A DNA stretch of 32,000 bases from Staphylothermus marinus F1 (GCF_000015945.1 NC_009033.1:1020001-1052000), one strand, 5' to 3'; shown: positions 16,607 through 25,303, numbered from the stretch's first letter. Notes: generated from the sequence alone by a model not told the origin. Program-made: numbers and translations.

Positions 16607-16987
16607 ATGAATCCATATCCCCTGTACATATTATCAACGAGAATAATTAATCCGTTATATGGTTATGAGAAAGTTTTGTGTATTTTACTTCTTATAATTT
16701 TAGTTATTATATCTATATTTGAAATGAAAAGAACAACTAAAATTGTAGTATCTATAATCTCAGCTGTAACAATAATTTTTCATTATTACCTGTTTTACCT
16801 ATTAAGTAAATTTGAAACAATAAATATTCAATTATTCCTAGTGCGAGAAATAACAAGTAATGGAACAGCGATAACAATAGATTTTGGACAAATAATAATC
16901 ATTTTAATCATATACTTGTGGAGAAGAGAAATTTTTAGGATTGCTAAACATGTTATAAATACACTAGTAAAGCTTATAGTTAAATGA
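16607..16987 (+). CDS. hypothetical small membrane protein (about 3 TM helices)
   Basis: An ORF with three long hydrophobic stretches and no recognisable motif. Extremely AT-rich, so coding status is less certain. Confidence 0.45.
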   Translation: MNPYPLYILSTRIINPLYGYEKVLCILLLIILVIISIFEMKRTTKIVVSIISAVTIIFHYYLFYLLSKFETINIQLFLVREITSNGTAITIDFGQIIIILIIYLWRREIFRIAKHVINTLVKLIVK

Positions 16988-17026
16988 GCACAATTTCCTA
17001 TTTGAACAAAGCATTCTCGGTTTGAG

Positions 17027-17356
17027 GTGATTCATTTCTTGTTATCGAAGAATCCATTGGATATAATACCTAAGAATACTAAATTCACTCGCGAACAAGT
17101 AGCACAAGCAATAAGATATGCAATAATTGCTGAACTAGACGCTATTAATTTATATCTACAACTAGCTGAGAAAATAGAAGACGAAAATATTAGAAAAGTA
17201 TTCATTGATATTGCTCGAGAAGAAAAGACTCATCTAGGCGAGTTTCTCACACTTCTAAAAGCTCTGGATCCGGAGCAAGTAAAAGAATTACGTGCAGGAC
17301 GCGAAGAAGTAGTTGAGTTAACTGGGATGGAAATACCTAATAACAATTATGATTAA
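17027..17356 (+). CDS. small ferritin-like / rubrerythrin-fold protein (half-ferritin, EncFtn-like pattern)
   Basis: AIIAELDAINLYLQLA ... IAREEKTHLGEFLTLL gives a two-helix E...Y / ExxH metal-site pattern like encapsulated-ferritin-type proteins. GTG start. Confidence 0.7.
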   Translation: MIHFLLSKNPLDIIPKNTKFTREQVAQAIRYAIIAELDAINLYLQLAEKIEDENIRKVFIDIAREEKTHLGEFLTLLKALDPEQVKELRAGREEVVELTGMEIPNNNYD

Positions 17357-17378
17357 AAATTAGATATGGTGAATAAAT

Positions 17379-17855
17379 ATGAAGATTGAGGAGATACGTG
17401 AAAAAGCTCGGGAAATGAGTGAGCTAGAAAGGAAATATGCTGAAGAACTAAGAGAATTAGCAAGCAAGTTTAAACACCCAGTTCTCCAAGCATTAATTCT
17501 AGGCATAGCTCAAGACAGTGATAAACACAGCATATTCTATAAATCCCTATATGAACTCTTGTCTCGTGCACAGCCGTTGCTAACTGAGGAAGAGCTCGCA
17601 ATTATTAAGGAAGGCATTAGGAAACATATAGAGACAGAAGCTGAAATGGTTAGATTAACCGAAAAACTTGCTCAAGAATCCGAGGATCCGAGAATGAAGT
17701 TAATATTTGAAGCAATACATGAAGACGAAGTTAAACACCATAAGTTACTAATACTAATCCAGGAAAAGATTGCTGAGAGAGAGACTTTTACCGAAGAAGA
17801 CCTATGGGACGCTATATGGAAGGATAGTCCCTGGCACGGCTCACCTGGTGGTTAG
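17379..17855 (+). CDS. ferritin-like four-helix-bundle protein (rubrerythrin-like, partly degenerate diiron motifs)
   Basis: Predicted all-helical with paired motifs AQDSDKH and HEDEVKHH (ExxH in the second half). An SD-like GGTGA precedes the ATG. Confidence 0.65.
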   Translation: MKIEEIREKAREMSELERKYAEELRELASKFKHPVLQALILGIAQDSDKHSIFYKSLYELLSRAQPLLTEEELAIIKEGIRKHIETEAEMVRLTEKLAQESEDPRMKLIFEAIHEDEVKHHKLLILIQEKIAERETFTEEDLWDAIWKDSPWHGSPGG

Positions 17856-17921
17856 AACACAAATTTTTTCTTCAATTAAAACACTTATTGCTTTTCTTAC
17901 CATATATTAGACGGTGTTATA

Positions 17922-18626
17922 ATGATTATTTTTAACGATTTAGATCATATCCCTTGTCAGATATTAAGGCGAATTAATAGGTTTGTAGTTGAAGTCAATA
18001 TTAATAATAGAATTGAGAAAGTACATATTAATAATACTGGTAGACTGAGAGAGTTCCTTGTAAATGGTCAGGTAGGGTATTGTCGAAGAATAAAGGGTAA
18101 AAAGCTAAAGTATAGATTATTCGCAGTAAAAAATAAAGAATATGCTTCACTAATAGATACTAATCTCCAAGAAAAAAGCTTTATCAAACTACTTAACGAC
18201 AATCATATTCCATGGCTTAAAAACTGTGTATTAGTAGCTCGAAACGTTCACTTAAATAACTCTCTAATAGATTTCCTTGTAAAATGTAATAATCAATACG
18301 TATATACAGAGCTGAAGAGCGCTGTTCTTAGATATCAGCAAATATATGCTGCATATCCAGATTGTCCAACTATTAGGGGTAGAAAACAAATTAGAGAATT
18401 AATAAAACATGTTGAAGAGGGTGGTAAATCATTAATAGTTTTTATGGCAGCTCTACCCCATGTTAAAGGGTTCAAACCATATAAACATGGTGACCAAGTT
18501 ATTGCCGAATTACTGCGTGAGGCTAGAGAGAAAGGAGTATTAATTAAAGCTATAAACATATATTATGACCCAATTAATAGAAGCATTGTCCTCGCAAACC
18601 CTGATCTCCCAGTAATACTAGACTGA
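17922..18626 (+). CDS. sfsA: SfsA-family nuclease-fold protein (sugar fermentation stimulation protein homolog)
   Basis: RRINRFVVEV...NTGRL at the N-terminus, IDFLV...YTELKSAVL...AAYPDCPTIRGRKQIRELI in the core, and the length all match SfsA family architecture. Confidence 0.82.
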   Translation: MIIFNDLDHIPCQILRRINRFVVEVNINNRIEKVHINNTGRLREFLVNGQVGYCRRIKGKKLKYRLFAVKNKEYASLIDTNLQEKSFIKLLNDNHIPWLKNCVLVARNVHLNNSLIDFLVKCNNQYVYTELKSAVLRYQQIYAAYPDCPTIRGRKQIRELIKHVEEGGKSLIVFMAALPHVKGFKPYKHGDQVIAELLREAREKGVLIKAINIYYDPINRSIVLANPDLPVILD

Positions 18627-18693
18627 AACAAAATATATAGAATATAGAACGTAAAATTAATTAGCACCACATAGGACACAGAAATACCTAGAA

Positions 18694-18805
18694 GCCGCCG
18701 TAGTATAGCCCGGCCAAGTATGCGGGCCTCTCGAGCCCGTGTCCACAGGGCCAATACAAGAAGGCCCGTGCGCGGGAGACCCGGGTTCAAATCCCGGCGG
18801 CGGCA
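18694..18805 (+). tRNA. tRNA-Glu (anticodon CUC) interrupted by a 36-37-nt intron 3' of the anticodon stem
   Basis: Reads GCCGCCG-TA-GTAT..GTAT-G-CGGGC-CTCTCGA-GCCCG-TG[insert]AC-CCGGG-TTCAAAT-CCCGG-CGGCGGC-A. It totals 112 nt and about 75 nt without the insert. The exon sequence closely resembles crenarchaeal tRNA-Glu. Confidence 0.85.
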
Positions 18806-18813
18806 TATAAAAA

Positions 18814-20145
18814 TCATTCAATCATTTCTTTTCTTGCCAGTTCTTTACCTGTTAGAACACCTAGTGCTCCAATGAAATGTATTGTTGCGAAGAATATGAA
18901 TATTGATTGCCAAGATCCTAGGAAGGGAACTATATATGGGCCAAGTATTCCGCCTAGTCTACCAATAGTTGATGCCCAACCGGTTCCTAATACTCTAATA
19001 CTGGTTGGATACTGTTCAGGTGTATACGTATATAATGCCGCCCAAGCCCCTAGATCAAAGAAGCTTAATGCTATTCCCGCCGTTAAGAACTGGTCTATGG
19101 TTCTAGCATACGCTAGTATAAATGCTGATAAACCTGTTAGTACGAGATATGTTCCAAGAAGTTTTTTACGGCCTATACGATCAACTAATAGTACAGCACT
19201 ATAGTATCCAGGTATTTGTGCAAGTGTTATGATCAATAAGTATTCTAGTCTTTTAGTCTTTAAGTAGTTAGCTAATGCTTCAAAGCCGATCTCGGCTCCA
19301 TGTGTTGATAGGAGTCTTGGATACCATATGAATAATCCATAATATCCCATTGTAATTGTAAACCATATAATCCATAAACCTATAGTGGTTTTCCAAAGAT
19401 CCTTGCTGAATAACAACTTAACTCCGGCTATGAGGTTTGTTTTCATACCAATGTGCTTCGATAGTTTAATATTATATTTTTCAATTAATCTTTGGGCTTC
19501 ATCTTTTCTCCCTATTGATAGAAGGTATCGTGGGCTTTCTTCTAAGAATAAGACTGAAAGTGAAAGAATTAATGCAATTATGCTGGTAATTAATCCATAA
19601 ACCCGCCACCCCATAATGCCTAGGTAAAGATATGCTATGGTGATGGGTATGAGCCATCCTAAAGCCCAGCTACTCTCGAGTAGGCTTACTCTTTTACCTC
19701 TACTGCTCGGTAAACTATATTCTGATACAAGACTAGCTAATACAGGCAGTATTCCGCCTAATCCTATGCCGGCTAGAATACGCCATGTTATAAACCATAA
19801 TGGATTAATAACTAAAACAGCTATAACACCTGATATTCCATGTAGTACTGCGAAAATTATAGCTGTCTTCTTTCTCCCTATATTATCACCGAGGAATCCG
19901 CTGATAAATGCTCCTATAAGCATCCCAAATAAACTACTAGAGCCGAGAAGACCCTTCAATCCTGGATCAGTGATTTGTAACTCGTTTATTAAACCATTAA
20001 TTATGAATCCTACATTACCTAGGTTAGCAGCAACACTCATCCATGCTAGCATAGATAAAGCTAGTATTTTATCAAATGTTTTATTCATTATGTTCAGCAT
20101 CACCTCTATATTCAGGATTTGAACATCTAGGAATGATCCAACCAT
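18814..20145 (-). CDS. MFS (major facilitator superfamily) transporter
   Basis: About 12 TM helices, with the MFS loop 2-3 motif GDNIGRKKTAIIF and a second-half equivalent, VDRIGRKKLLG. Substrate is unknown. Confidence 0.85.
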   Translation of the reverse strand: MVGSFLDVQILNIEVMLNIMNKTFDKILALSMLAWMSVAANLGNVGFIINGLINELQITDPGLKGLLGSSSLFGMLIGAFISGFLGDNIGRKKTAIIFAVLHGISGVIAVLVINPLWFITWRILAGIGLGGILPVLASLVSEYSLPSSRGKRVSLLESSWALGWLIPITIAYLYLGIMGWRVYGLITSIIALILSLSVLFLEESPRYLLSIGRKDEAQRLIEKYNIKLSKHIGMKTNLIAGVKLLFSKDLWKTTIGLWIIWFTITMGYYGLFIWYPRLLSTHGAEIGFEALANYLKTKRLEYLLIITLAQIPGYYSAVLLVDRIGRKKLLGTYLVLTGLSAFILAYARTIDQFLTAGIALSFFDLGAWAALYTYTPEQYPTSIRVLGTGWASTIGRLGGILGPYIVPFLGSWQSIFIFFATIHFIGALGVLTGKELARKEMIE

Positions 20146-20164
20146 TATCTAATAAATAAACTAA

Positions 20165-20172
20165 CTATAAAA
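20165..20172 (-). promoter_or_regulatory. TATA box (TTTTATAG on minus strand) positioned for a leaderless MFS transcript
   Basis: The box starts 27 nt upstream of ATG 20145 and there is no SD. Confidence 0.35.
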
Positions 20173-20190
20173 TATTATTTTTGCTGAAGA

Positions 20191-20721
20191 TTAGTCGGGT
20201 TTCGGAGGAGTAACACCTCTCTGCTTTTGGTATTTTCCGCTATATGGTCTATATACTGGACTACTTGTTCTAGCAAAAATTACGTGAAGGAATCTCTGTT
20301 TTGGATATACTTTTACAGGTATACTTCCACCTATTAATTCAATGGTGATATTTCCTTTAAATCCAGCATCAATTATGGTAGGCGGTATATATAGTGAGTA
20401 TCTGGCAAATGTACTTCTTAAATTAACGAAGCCAATTAGATCATTAGGCATTTCAACCCATTCAAGAGTAGTAGCTAATACGTGTTCTAAAGGATTTATT
20501 ATTATGCCATTATTTTCATCTGTTTCTTCACAAACCAATGTTTTATCTACAGGATCTCTTGCTGTATCTACTATTATGTTTTGGTCTTTCTTAAACCTAC
20601 AAAATTGATATCCGAACCTTAGATCAACACCGTTTTCACGTATAGTATCGGGAAATAATGGATTAATTACTAATAGTTTCTTTTCAAGATAAACTCGTAT
20701 ATCCCAATCACTAAGTATCAA
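20191..20721 (-). CDS. dcd: dCTP deaminase (Dcd/dUTPase-fold family; possibly bifunctional)
   Basis: N-terminal MILSDWDIRVYLEKK, the 176-aa length and the beta-rich dUTPase-like sequence are typical of Dcd. Confidence 0.88.
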   Translation of the reverse strand: MILSDWDIRVYLEKKLLVINPLFPDTIRENGVDLRFGYQFCRFKKDQNIIVDTARDPVDKTLVCEETDENNGIIINPLEHVLATTLEWVEMPNDLIGFVNLRSTFARYSLYIPPTIIDAGFKGNITIELIGGSIPVKVYPKQRFLHVIFARTSSPVYRPYSGKYQKQRGVTPPKPD

Positions 20722-21694
20722 TTATTTCATCACCCATACTATTCCATAAATCTTTAGATGCATAATTAATGCATTTTCTTATACCTTCTCTAGGTACTAG
20801 TTCTGGGCATCTAGTTATGATGAATTCACATTTCCCATTAATATATTCGTCTAGTTTGCAGGGTTGTTGTCTAACTCTGTTTTCCATATATACGCATCGG
20901 GGGCCAGCATAACTGAATATTTCGGGATGTATTTTTACAAGTTGTCTCCATAACTGCCAAGCTATGTATCTAATCTCCCACTGAGCATGACTACACATTC
21001 TCAGAGGCAAAAAGCTTTCTAGGAGTTCTCTTGCATTCATAGATACAAGTATACGTGTCTTAACTGCTTGGGGAAGTATGAAGCGAGCGTCTTCATAAGA
21101 TATGCCATTATTTATTAATGAATAATATGTCTTAACGCTTCTTAGCAGTTGTTTGAGAAATTCTCTATTATTCGATTTCACTATCTTCGGCGGTACAATG
21201 AAGGCTTCACCAATAATTTCTAACATGTCCCAAAAGCTTAGACTCGAATCTATGGTCTCCTCTAATATCTTCATGTATTCGCCTATATTGTTTTTCTCTA
21301 TATTTTCATAGCCAAGCTTAGTTGCTGCAAGCATGATCATGTTTCTCAAATATTTATCATTATATCTCTGGCTTAACTGTGTATAGCTGGCTATTCGGTG
21401 TCTCACGAGTTGATGACTAGCTACACGACTACATGTTATTTCGAATATGTAAATACTATGTTCAAGCGGTGAACCATGTCCTCTTCTTATTAGTTCAGTG
21501 ATCCACTTCATTGTCTTATCTTTATTCATTTTCCCATATATTTCGCTGAATTCCTTCGGTGATAATGTTTGTTTACCTGCTGAAGCGATTATTCTAGGGG
21601 CATCCCCTATATAATTAAATAATTTAACACTAGGCTTAATCTTTGATAAAATTCTATGGTTTGCTAATGTTTCTTCAAGCATTTCTTCACCCAA
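20711..21694 (-). CDS. thyX: FAD-dependent thymidylate synthase ThyX, enlarged (327 aa)
   Basis: The ThyX signature RHRIASYTQLSQRY (RHRxxSxxxxSxR) is present, along with GHGSPLEH and SHAQWEIR. It overlaps dcd by 11 nt and nrdG by 8 nt. Confidence 0.92.
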   Translation of the reverse strand: MGEEMLEETLANHRILSKIKPSVKLFNYIGDAPRIIASAGKQTLSPKEFSEIYGKMNKDKTMKWITELIRRGHGSPLEHSIYIFEITCSRVASHQLVRHRIASYTQLSQRYNDKYLRNMIMLAATKLGYENIEKNNIGEYMKILEETIDSSLSFWDMLEIIGEAFIVPPKIVKSNNREFLKQLLRSVKTYYSLINNGISYEDARFILPQAVKTRILVSMNARELLESFLPLRMCSHAQWEIRYIAWQLWRQLVKIHPEIFSYAGPRCVYMENRVRQQPCKLDEYINGKCEFIITRCPELVPREGIRKCINYASKDLWNSMGDEIIDT

Positions 21695-22502
21695 AACTTA
21701 ATGTTTCACGTACGATAAGTCTTTGTATACCCATATTTTCTAGTTCGTTCTTAATAAGATAAAGTGTATGCTTATCTGGATCACAGTATTTTCTGCACCA
21801 TTCCGGATTTCTAGGATTTGTTATGGGTGGACCCAGTAATGGCTGAATAATAACATAGTAGTTATTGTGTTTATCGAGTTTATCGAGAGCTTCAGCTAGG
21901 TATTTTCTGAATATTTTAATATTAATGTTTTTCATAACAGGTATTCTAAGTTCTAGTGGAACATTATATTCAGATACAAGTGCTAATGATTTAATGAATA
22001 GTTTCCACAGGGTATCAGCTACTTCTTTACTATGTCCATAGAGAAGATCATATGGTATCTTTAGATCAGTTGCTAAATGATCAACTATGCCTGAATCTAT
22101 CAAGTGTTTTAATGGTTTATATAATGTGAAATTCGTGTTTATACTAATATTGACTCCGATATTATTCTTTGCCAGCGATAATATCTTTTCTAATTCACGG
22201 TACTGTATAAGCGGTTCTCCCCCAGTTACATGTAGGTAATCTATTAATATTCTAGCAGACTCTAGTTCTTCGATTAGCTTATTAATATCTAGGTAACGAC
22301 ATGTACTTGGATGATTTATGGCTAGCATCCAGTTATGGCAGAAAGGACATTTTAGATTACAGCCACACAGCCATAATGTGAATGTTACAGAGTTGTATAC
22401 GTCTATCATGCTAATAGGTTTCCAACCACTACCGATCAAATAGATATTTCTATGTTTAATCTCTGAGAACTGTTCAGTAGTTATAGACAATTCCTTCACC
22501 AT
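21687..22502 (-). CDS. nrdG: anaerobic ribonucleotide reductase activating enzyme (radical SAM)
   Basis: Carries the radical-SAM CxxxCxxC motif within CGCNLKCPFCHN and the SAM-binding GGEP motif (VTGGEPL). It lies directly downstream of nrdD. Confidence 0.85.
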   Translation of the reverse strand: MVKELSITTEQFSEIKHRNIYLIGSGWKPISMIDVYNSVTFTLWLCGCNLKCPFCHNWMLAINHPSTCRYLDINKLIEELESARILIDYLHVTGGEPLIQYRELEKILSLAKNNIGVNISINTNFTLYKPLKHLIDSGIVDHLATDLKIPYDLLYGHSKEVADTLWKLFIKSLALVSEYNVPLELRIPVMKNINIKIFRKYLAEALDKLDKHNNYYVIIQPLLGPPITNPRNPEWCRKYCDPDKHTLYLIKNELENMGIQRLIVRETLSFG

Positions 22503-22551
22503 TAATTAATTGTTGAGTGATAAGCAATAAAAGTAGGTTGATAAAAGTTTA

Positions 22552-24453
22552 TTATTTCTGCTTATAATGTTTACGAGTCCAAAATTCTCTTCTACGGAAT
22601 GGATTCCAGTTCTTTAGTGGACGATAATATCCTATAATTCTACTCCACACCTCTACGTCTTCGCTTCCACAAACTGGGCATCTACGATATAATCCTGTAA
22701 ATGTTCTACCACACTTGTTACAATGTGTTATTGCAGGTGTATAGCTCCAATAGACTAGATCGGTTTGCATCAGTCTCTTCGTCAATTTAGCGAGAGCTTC
22801 GGGATCAGGTTCTTCGCCTAGGAATATGTGCATCATTACTCCTCCAGTAAATATTTTCTGAACTTTTGATTCAATCTCTATTCTCTCAGGTAGATCTATT
22901 TCTCCATAGTATGGTGCTATACTTGTTGAATAGATAGGATTATCTGGATCACTTAGATATTCTAGTACTTCCGGATACTTCTTTACATCCTTGATAGCTA
23001 GTTTAGCAGCTGCTGATTCACCAGGTACTTCTTCAACATTCCACGGCGTACCTGTTTCTTTCATCCATTTCCTAGCATGACTAACTGCGTATTCAACCAT
23101 TTTCTTCATAATATCCGTTGCTTTTAGCCAATCCCTCCTTGACCCCTCCATCCAGAGCCTAGGTTCTTGTAAATAGATTGCAGCCGCCTCTGGTAATCCA
23201 AGAATACCGATGGTGTTGAAATGAGATGATGGGAATTCTTTCAAGTATTCTTTTATCATAGAGTACATTCCAGTATATTTAGCCATGAGGTCTAGGTAGC
23301 GTCTTCTAAACCATTCTTCACTAATCCTAACAATTTCTAGTACCTCGCTATAGAGTTCCCAGAATCTTGTATCATCGCCTCTAGCTTCTAGAGCTATACG
23401 TGGCAGATTTACTGTTGTAACATTTACAGAGCCTGTAATATCTGGGAGTGCCCATAATCCGCCGAATCTTTGTTGTTCTATCTTCTTCATTGTTTCCTCT
23501 TTTTGTTGTTCTAGATCCTTCTTCAGGCTAAAGTTTAATCCTAATCCTTTAGGTTTTGTCCCATATGCGTAGAGGAGTTCGTTTTTATCTATATTTATGC
23601 GGCAACACATAGCATAGCTTGCATCGGGGTCGACCACTCTAGTATTTAACCAGTAAAAGCTTCCACGATGTGCTGCTGTTTTAAATACTGCTTCGAAAAC
23701 CTCTGGTTCATCCCAGATCATATTCGCGGTTGTCATAATTGTTGGTATTGGGAACGTGAATGGTTGTCCATACATGTCTCCATGGTATAGAATATCTGTT
23801 AGAGCTAAGAAGAATGTTTTTGCTTCCTTATAGTATTCTCCTAGCGGCTCAATTTTCTGTCCATCATATACTGCATAGTCTCCTGTAAGCATTTTCTTCG
23901 GAGCATCAAGTGTTACTGTGAAGTTAGTGAATGGTGTCTGCATACCGACACGTGTTGGATAATTTAAGTTGAATATGAGTCTTTGAATCTGTTGTTTTAC
24001 AGTTCTATAATCTAGTCCATCTTTCCTTATGAATGGCCCAGCATACCATTCAACACTTGAGAATGCTTGAGCTCCTGTAAAGTAATGCTGTAATGTTATT
24101 AGATAATTAGCTATGTGATCAACATATGTGTCAAAATGTCTTGCAGGCCTTGATATGATTGTAGGTGTTTTTAAGCCCTTCTCTAATAGGCGTGAAACAC
24201 TGTGTCCTGTACAGTATGGAATATATATGCTATAAGGTAATTTGTGAACATATATGTATCCATCAATATGTGCTCTTAGTACAGGCGATGGCAGTAGATC
24301 AAGTAGTGTTTTCATCATGTATTCTTCGAGTAGATAGCTAAAGAAGCCTGTTGGGCCCATGTATCTATTTGCATTCTCGTTCACGTCGAGACTGTTCCAT
24401 TTAGCATATTCTATTATAGGGTCTTTTTTCTGCATATCTAGTAGCTTCTCCAA
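22552..24453 (-). CDS. nrdD: anaerobic (class III) ribonucleoside-triphosphate reductase
   Basis: The C-terminal CNKCG...CPVCGS zinc site is followed by the glycyl-radical segment SRIIGYYRPLKNWN. A TTG start lies 8 nt after AGGAGGG, with an alternative ATG 18 nt downstream. Confidence 0.9.
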   Translation of the reverse strand: MEKLLDMQKKDPIIEYAKWNSLDVNENANRYMGPTGFFSYLLEEYMMKTLLDLLPSPVLRAHIDGYIYVHKLPYSIYIPYCTGHSVSRLLEKGLKTPTIISRPARHFDTYVDHIANYLITLQHYFTGAQAFSSVEWYAGPFIRKDGLDYRTVKQQIQRLIFNLNYPTRVGMQTPFTNFTVTLDAPKKMLTGDYAVYDGQKIEPLGEYYKEAKTFFLALTDILYHGDMYGQPFTFPIPTIMTTANMIWDEPEVFEAVFKTAAHRGSFYWLNTRVVDPDASYAMCCRINIDKNELLYAYGTKPKGLGLNFSLKKDLEQQKEETMKKIEQQRFGGLWALPDITGSVNVTTVNLPRIALEARGDDTRFWELYSEVLEIVRISEEWFRRRYLDLMAKYTGMYSMIKEYLKEFPSSHFNTIGILGLPEAAAIYLQEPRLWMEGSRRDWLKATDIMKKMVEYAVSHARKWMKETGTPWNVEEVPGESAAAKLAIKDVKKYPEVLEYLSDPDNPIYSTSIAPYYGEIDLPERIEIESKVQKIFTGGVMMHIFLGEEPDPEALAKLTKRLMQTDLVYWSYTPAITHCNKCGRTFTGLYRRCPVCGSEDVEVWSRIIGYYRPLKNWNPFRRREFWTRKHYKQK

Positions 24454-24610
24454 AATATTTCCCTCCTAAAACAGTATAGGTGCTTTTAAAACGAAACTTT
24501 TTTGCAAATAGTCTATGTCTTGGTAATACCTTATAATAATGACGGTTATTCCGCTATTGTTAGGTTTTTTATGGAAGAATAATAGCATTAAATATTGTTT
24601 AATCAGTTGA

Positions 24611-25303
24611 TTATATGATATTGTATAGGTGTTCGGCTCCTACTATTACTCGAGATATAGTGATCCATGTGGTTAATGGCTTATTATATATGGAGAATTC
24701 AGCCTTACTAATACTAATAATTTCTTGGCTATAGTCTCCGTGAGGAAATCCCCCGATGCCAATTGCATAATTGTTTTCAACAGCATATTTTACAATATTT
24801 TCAGGTTTTTCCTTTTCTCCATGTTCTCTCAACAATATGATTCCATTTTTATTTATTTTTTCGAGAAGATCACTTATTGTCATAGTTTTCACATATAATA
24901 ATGGGTCGTCGCTGTCGGGGGGTACTTTGCCATGTATTAGTAGTTGTTCCATTAAACCGACAAATCTATTATAATTTCTTGGAATCCTAGTTTCTGGTTT
25001 CACAAATATTATGTGTCCGGGATAAGTATGTATATATATTCGTAGATATCCTTCTTTGTTTAATGGGCTTTCAAGAGCGTTTAATAAGGATATATGAACA
25101 ATATCTGGTCTTCCTCGTTTCTCTTTGTCCTTCAGTTTCTTCATTGCATGATAATGAAGTGAAACATCAAGCAAGGTCTCGCCAGGTTTTTTCCCTCTTC
25201 TCCTCGCATTCTTTACCACGGCTGGGTGCTTCCATAACTCCTTAGGAACTAGTTCTAGAGCTGATTCTAACAATATTATGCTTATCGGTTCTTTCATGTT
25301 CAT
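24611..25303 (-). CDS. nep1: Nep1/Emg1-type SSU rRNA pseudouridine N1-methyltransferase (SPOUT fold)
   Basis: N-terminal IILLESALELVPKEL, RGRPDIVHISLL and the approximately 225-aa length are characteristic of archaeal Nep1. Confidence 0.85.
   Translation of the reverse strand: MNMKEPISIILLESALELVPKELWKHPAVVKNARRRGKKPGETLLDVSLHYHAMKKLKDKEKRGRPDIVHISLLNALESPLNKEGYLRIYIHTYPGHIIFVKPETRIPRNYNRFVGLMEQLLIHGKVPPDSDDPLLYVKTMTISDLLEKINKNGIILLREHGEKEKPENIVKYAVENNYAIGIGGFPHGDYSQEIISISKAEFSIYNKPLTTWITISRVIVGAEHLYNII

Noticed and set aside
16607-18626. An encapsulin nanocompartment locus, suggested by the EncFtn-like ferritin gene.
   Set aside because: No HK97-fold shell-sized ORF lies adjacent or within several kb. 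Neither ferritin-like protein ends in a recognisable cargo-targeting peptide. I kept only the weaker observation of orphan tandem ferritin-like genes.
18563-18817. 84-aa minus-strand ORF spanning the tRNA-Glu locus.
   Set aside because: It is entirely explained by the GC-rich tRNA-Glu gene and its intron on the plus strand, and has no independent coding evidence.
24454-24610. Riboswitch or NrdR-like control element upstream of nrdD.
   Set aside because: Only two tiny palindromes and a TATA/SD arrangement are visible, and I recognise no known riboswitch consensus. The region is mentioned under the operon finding only as the place to look.
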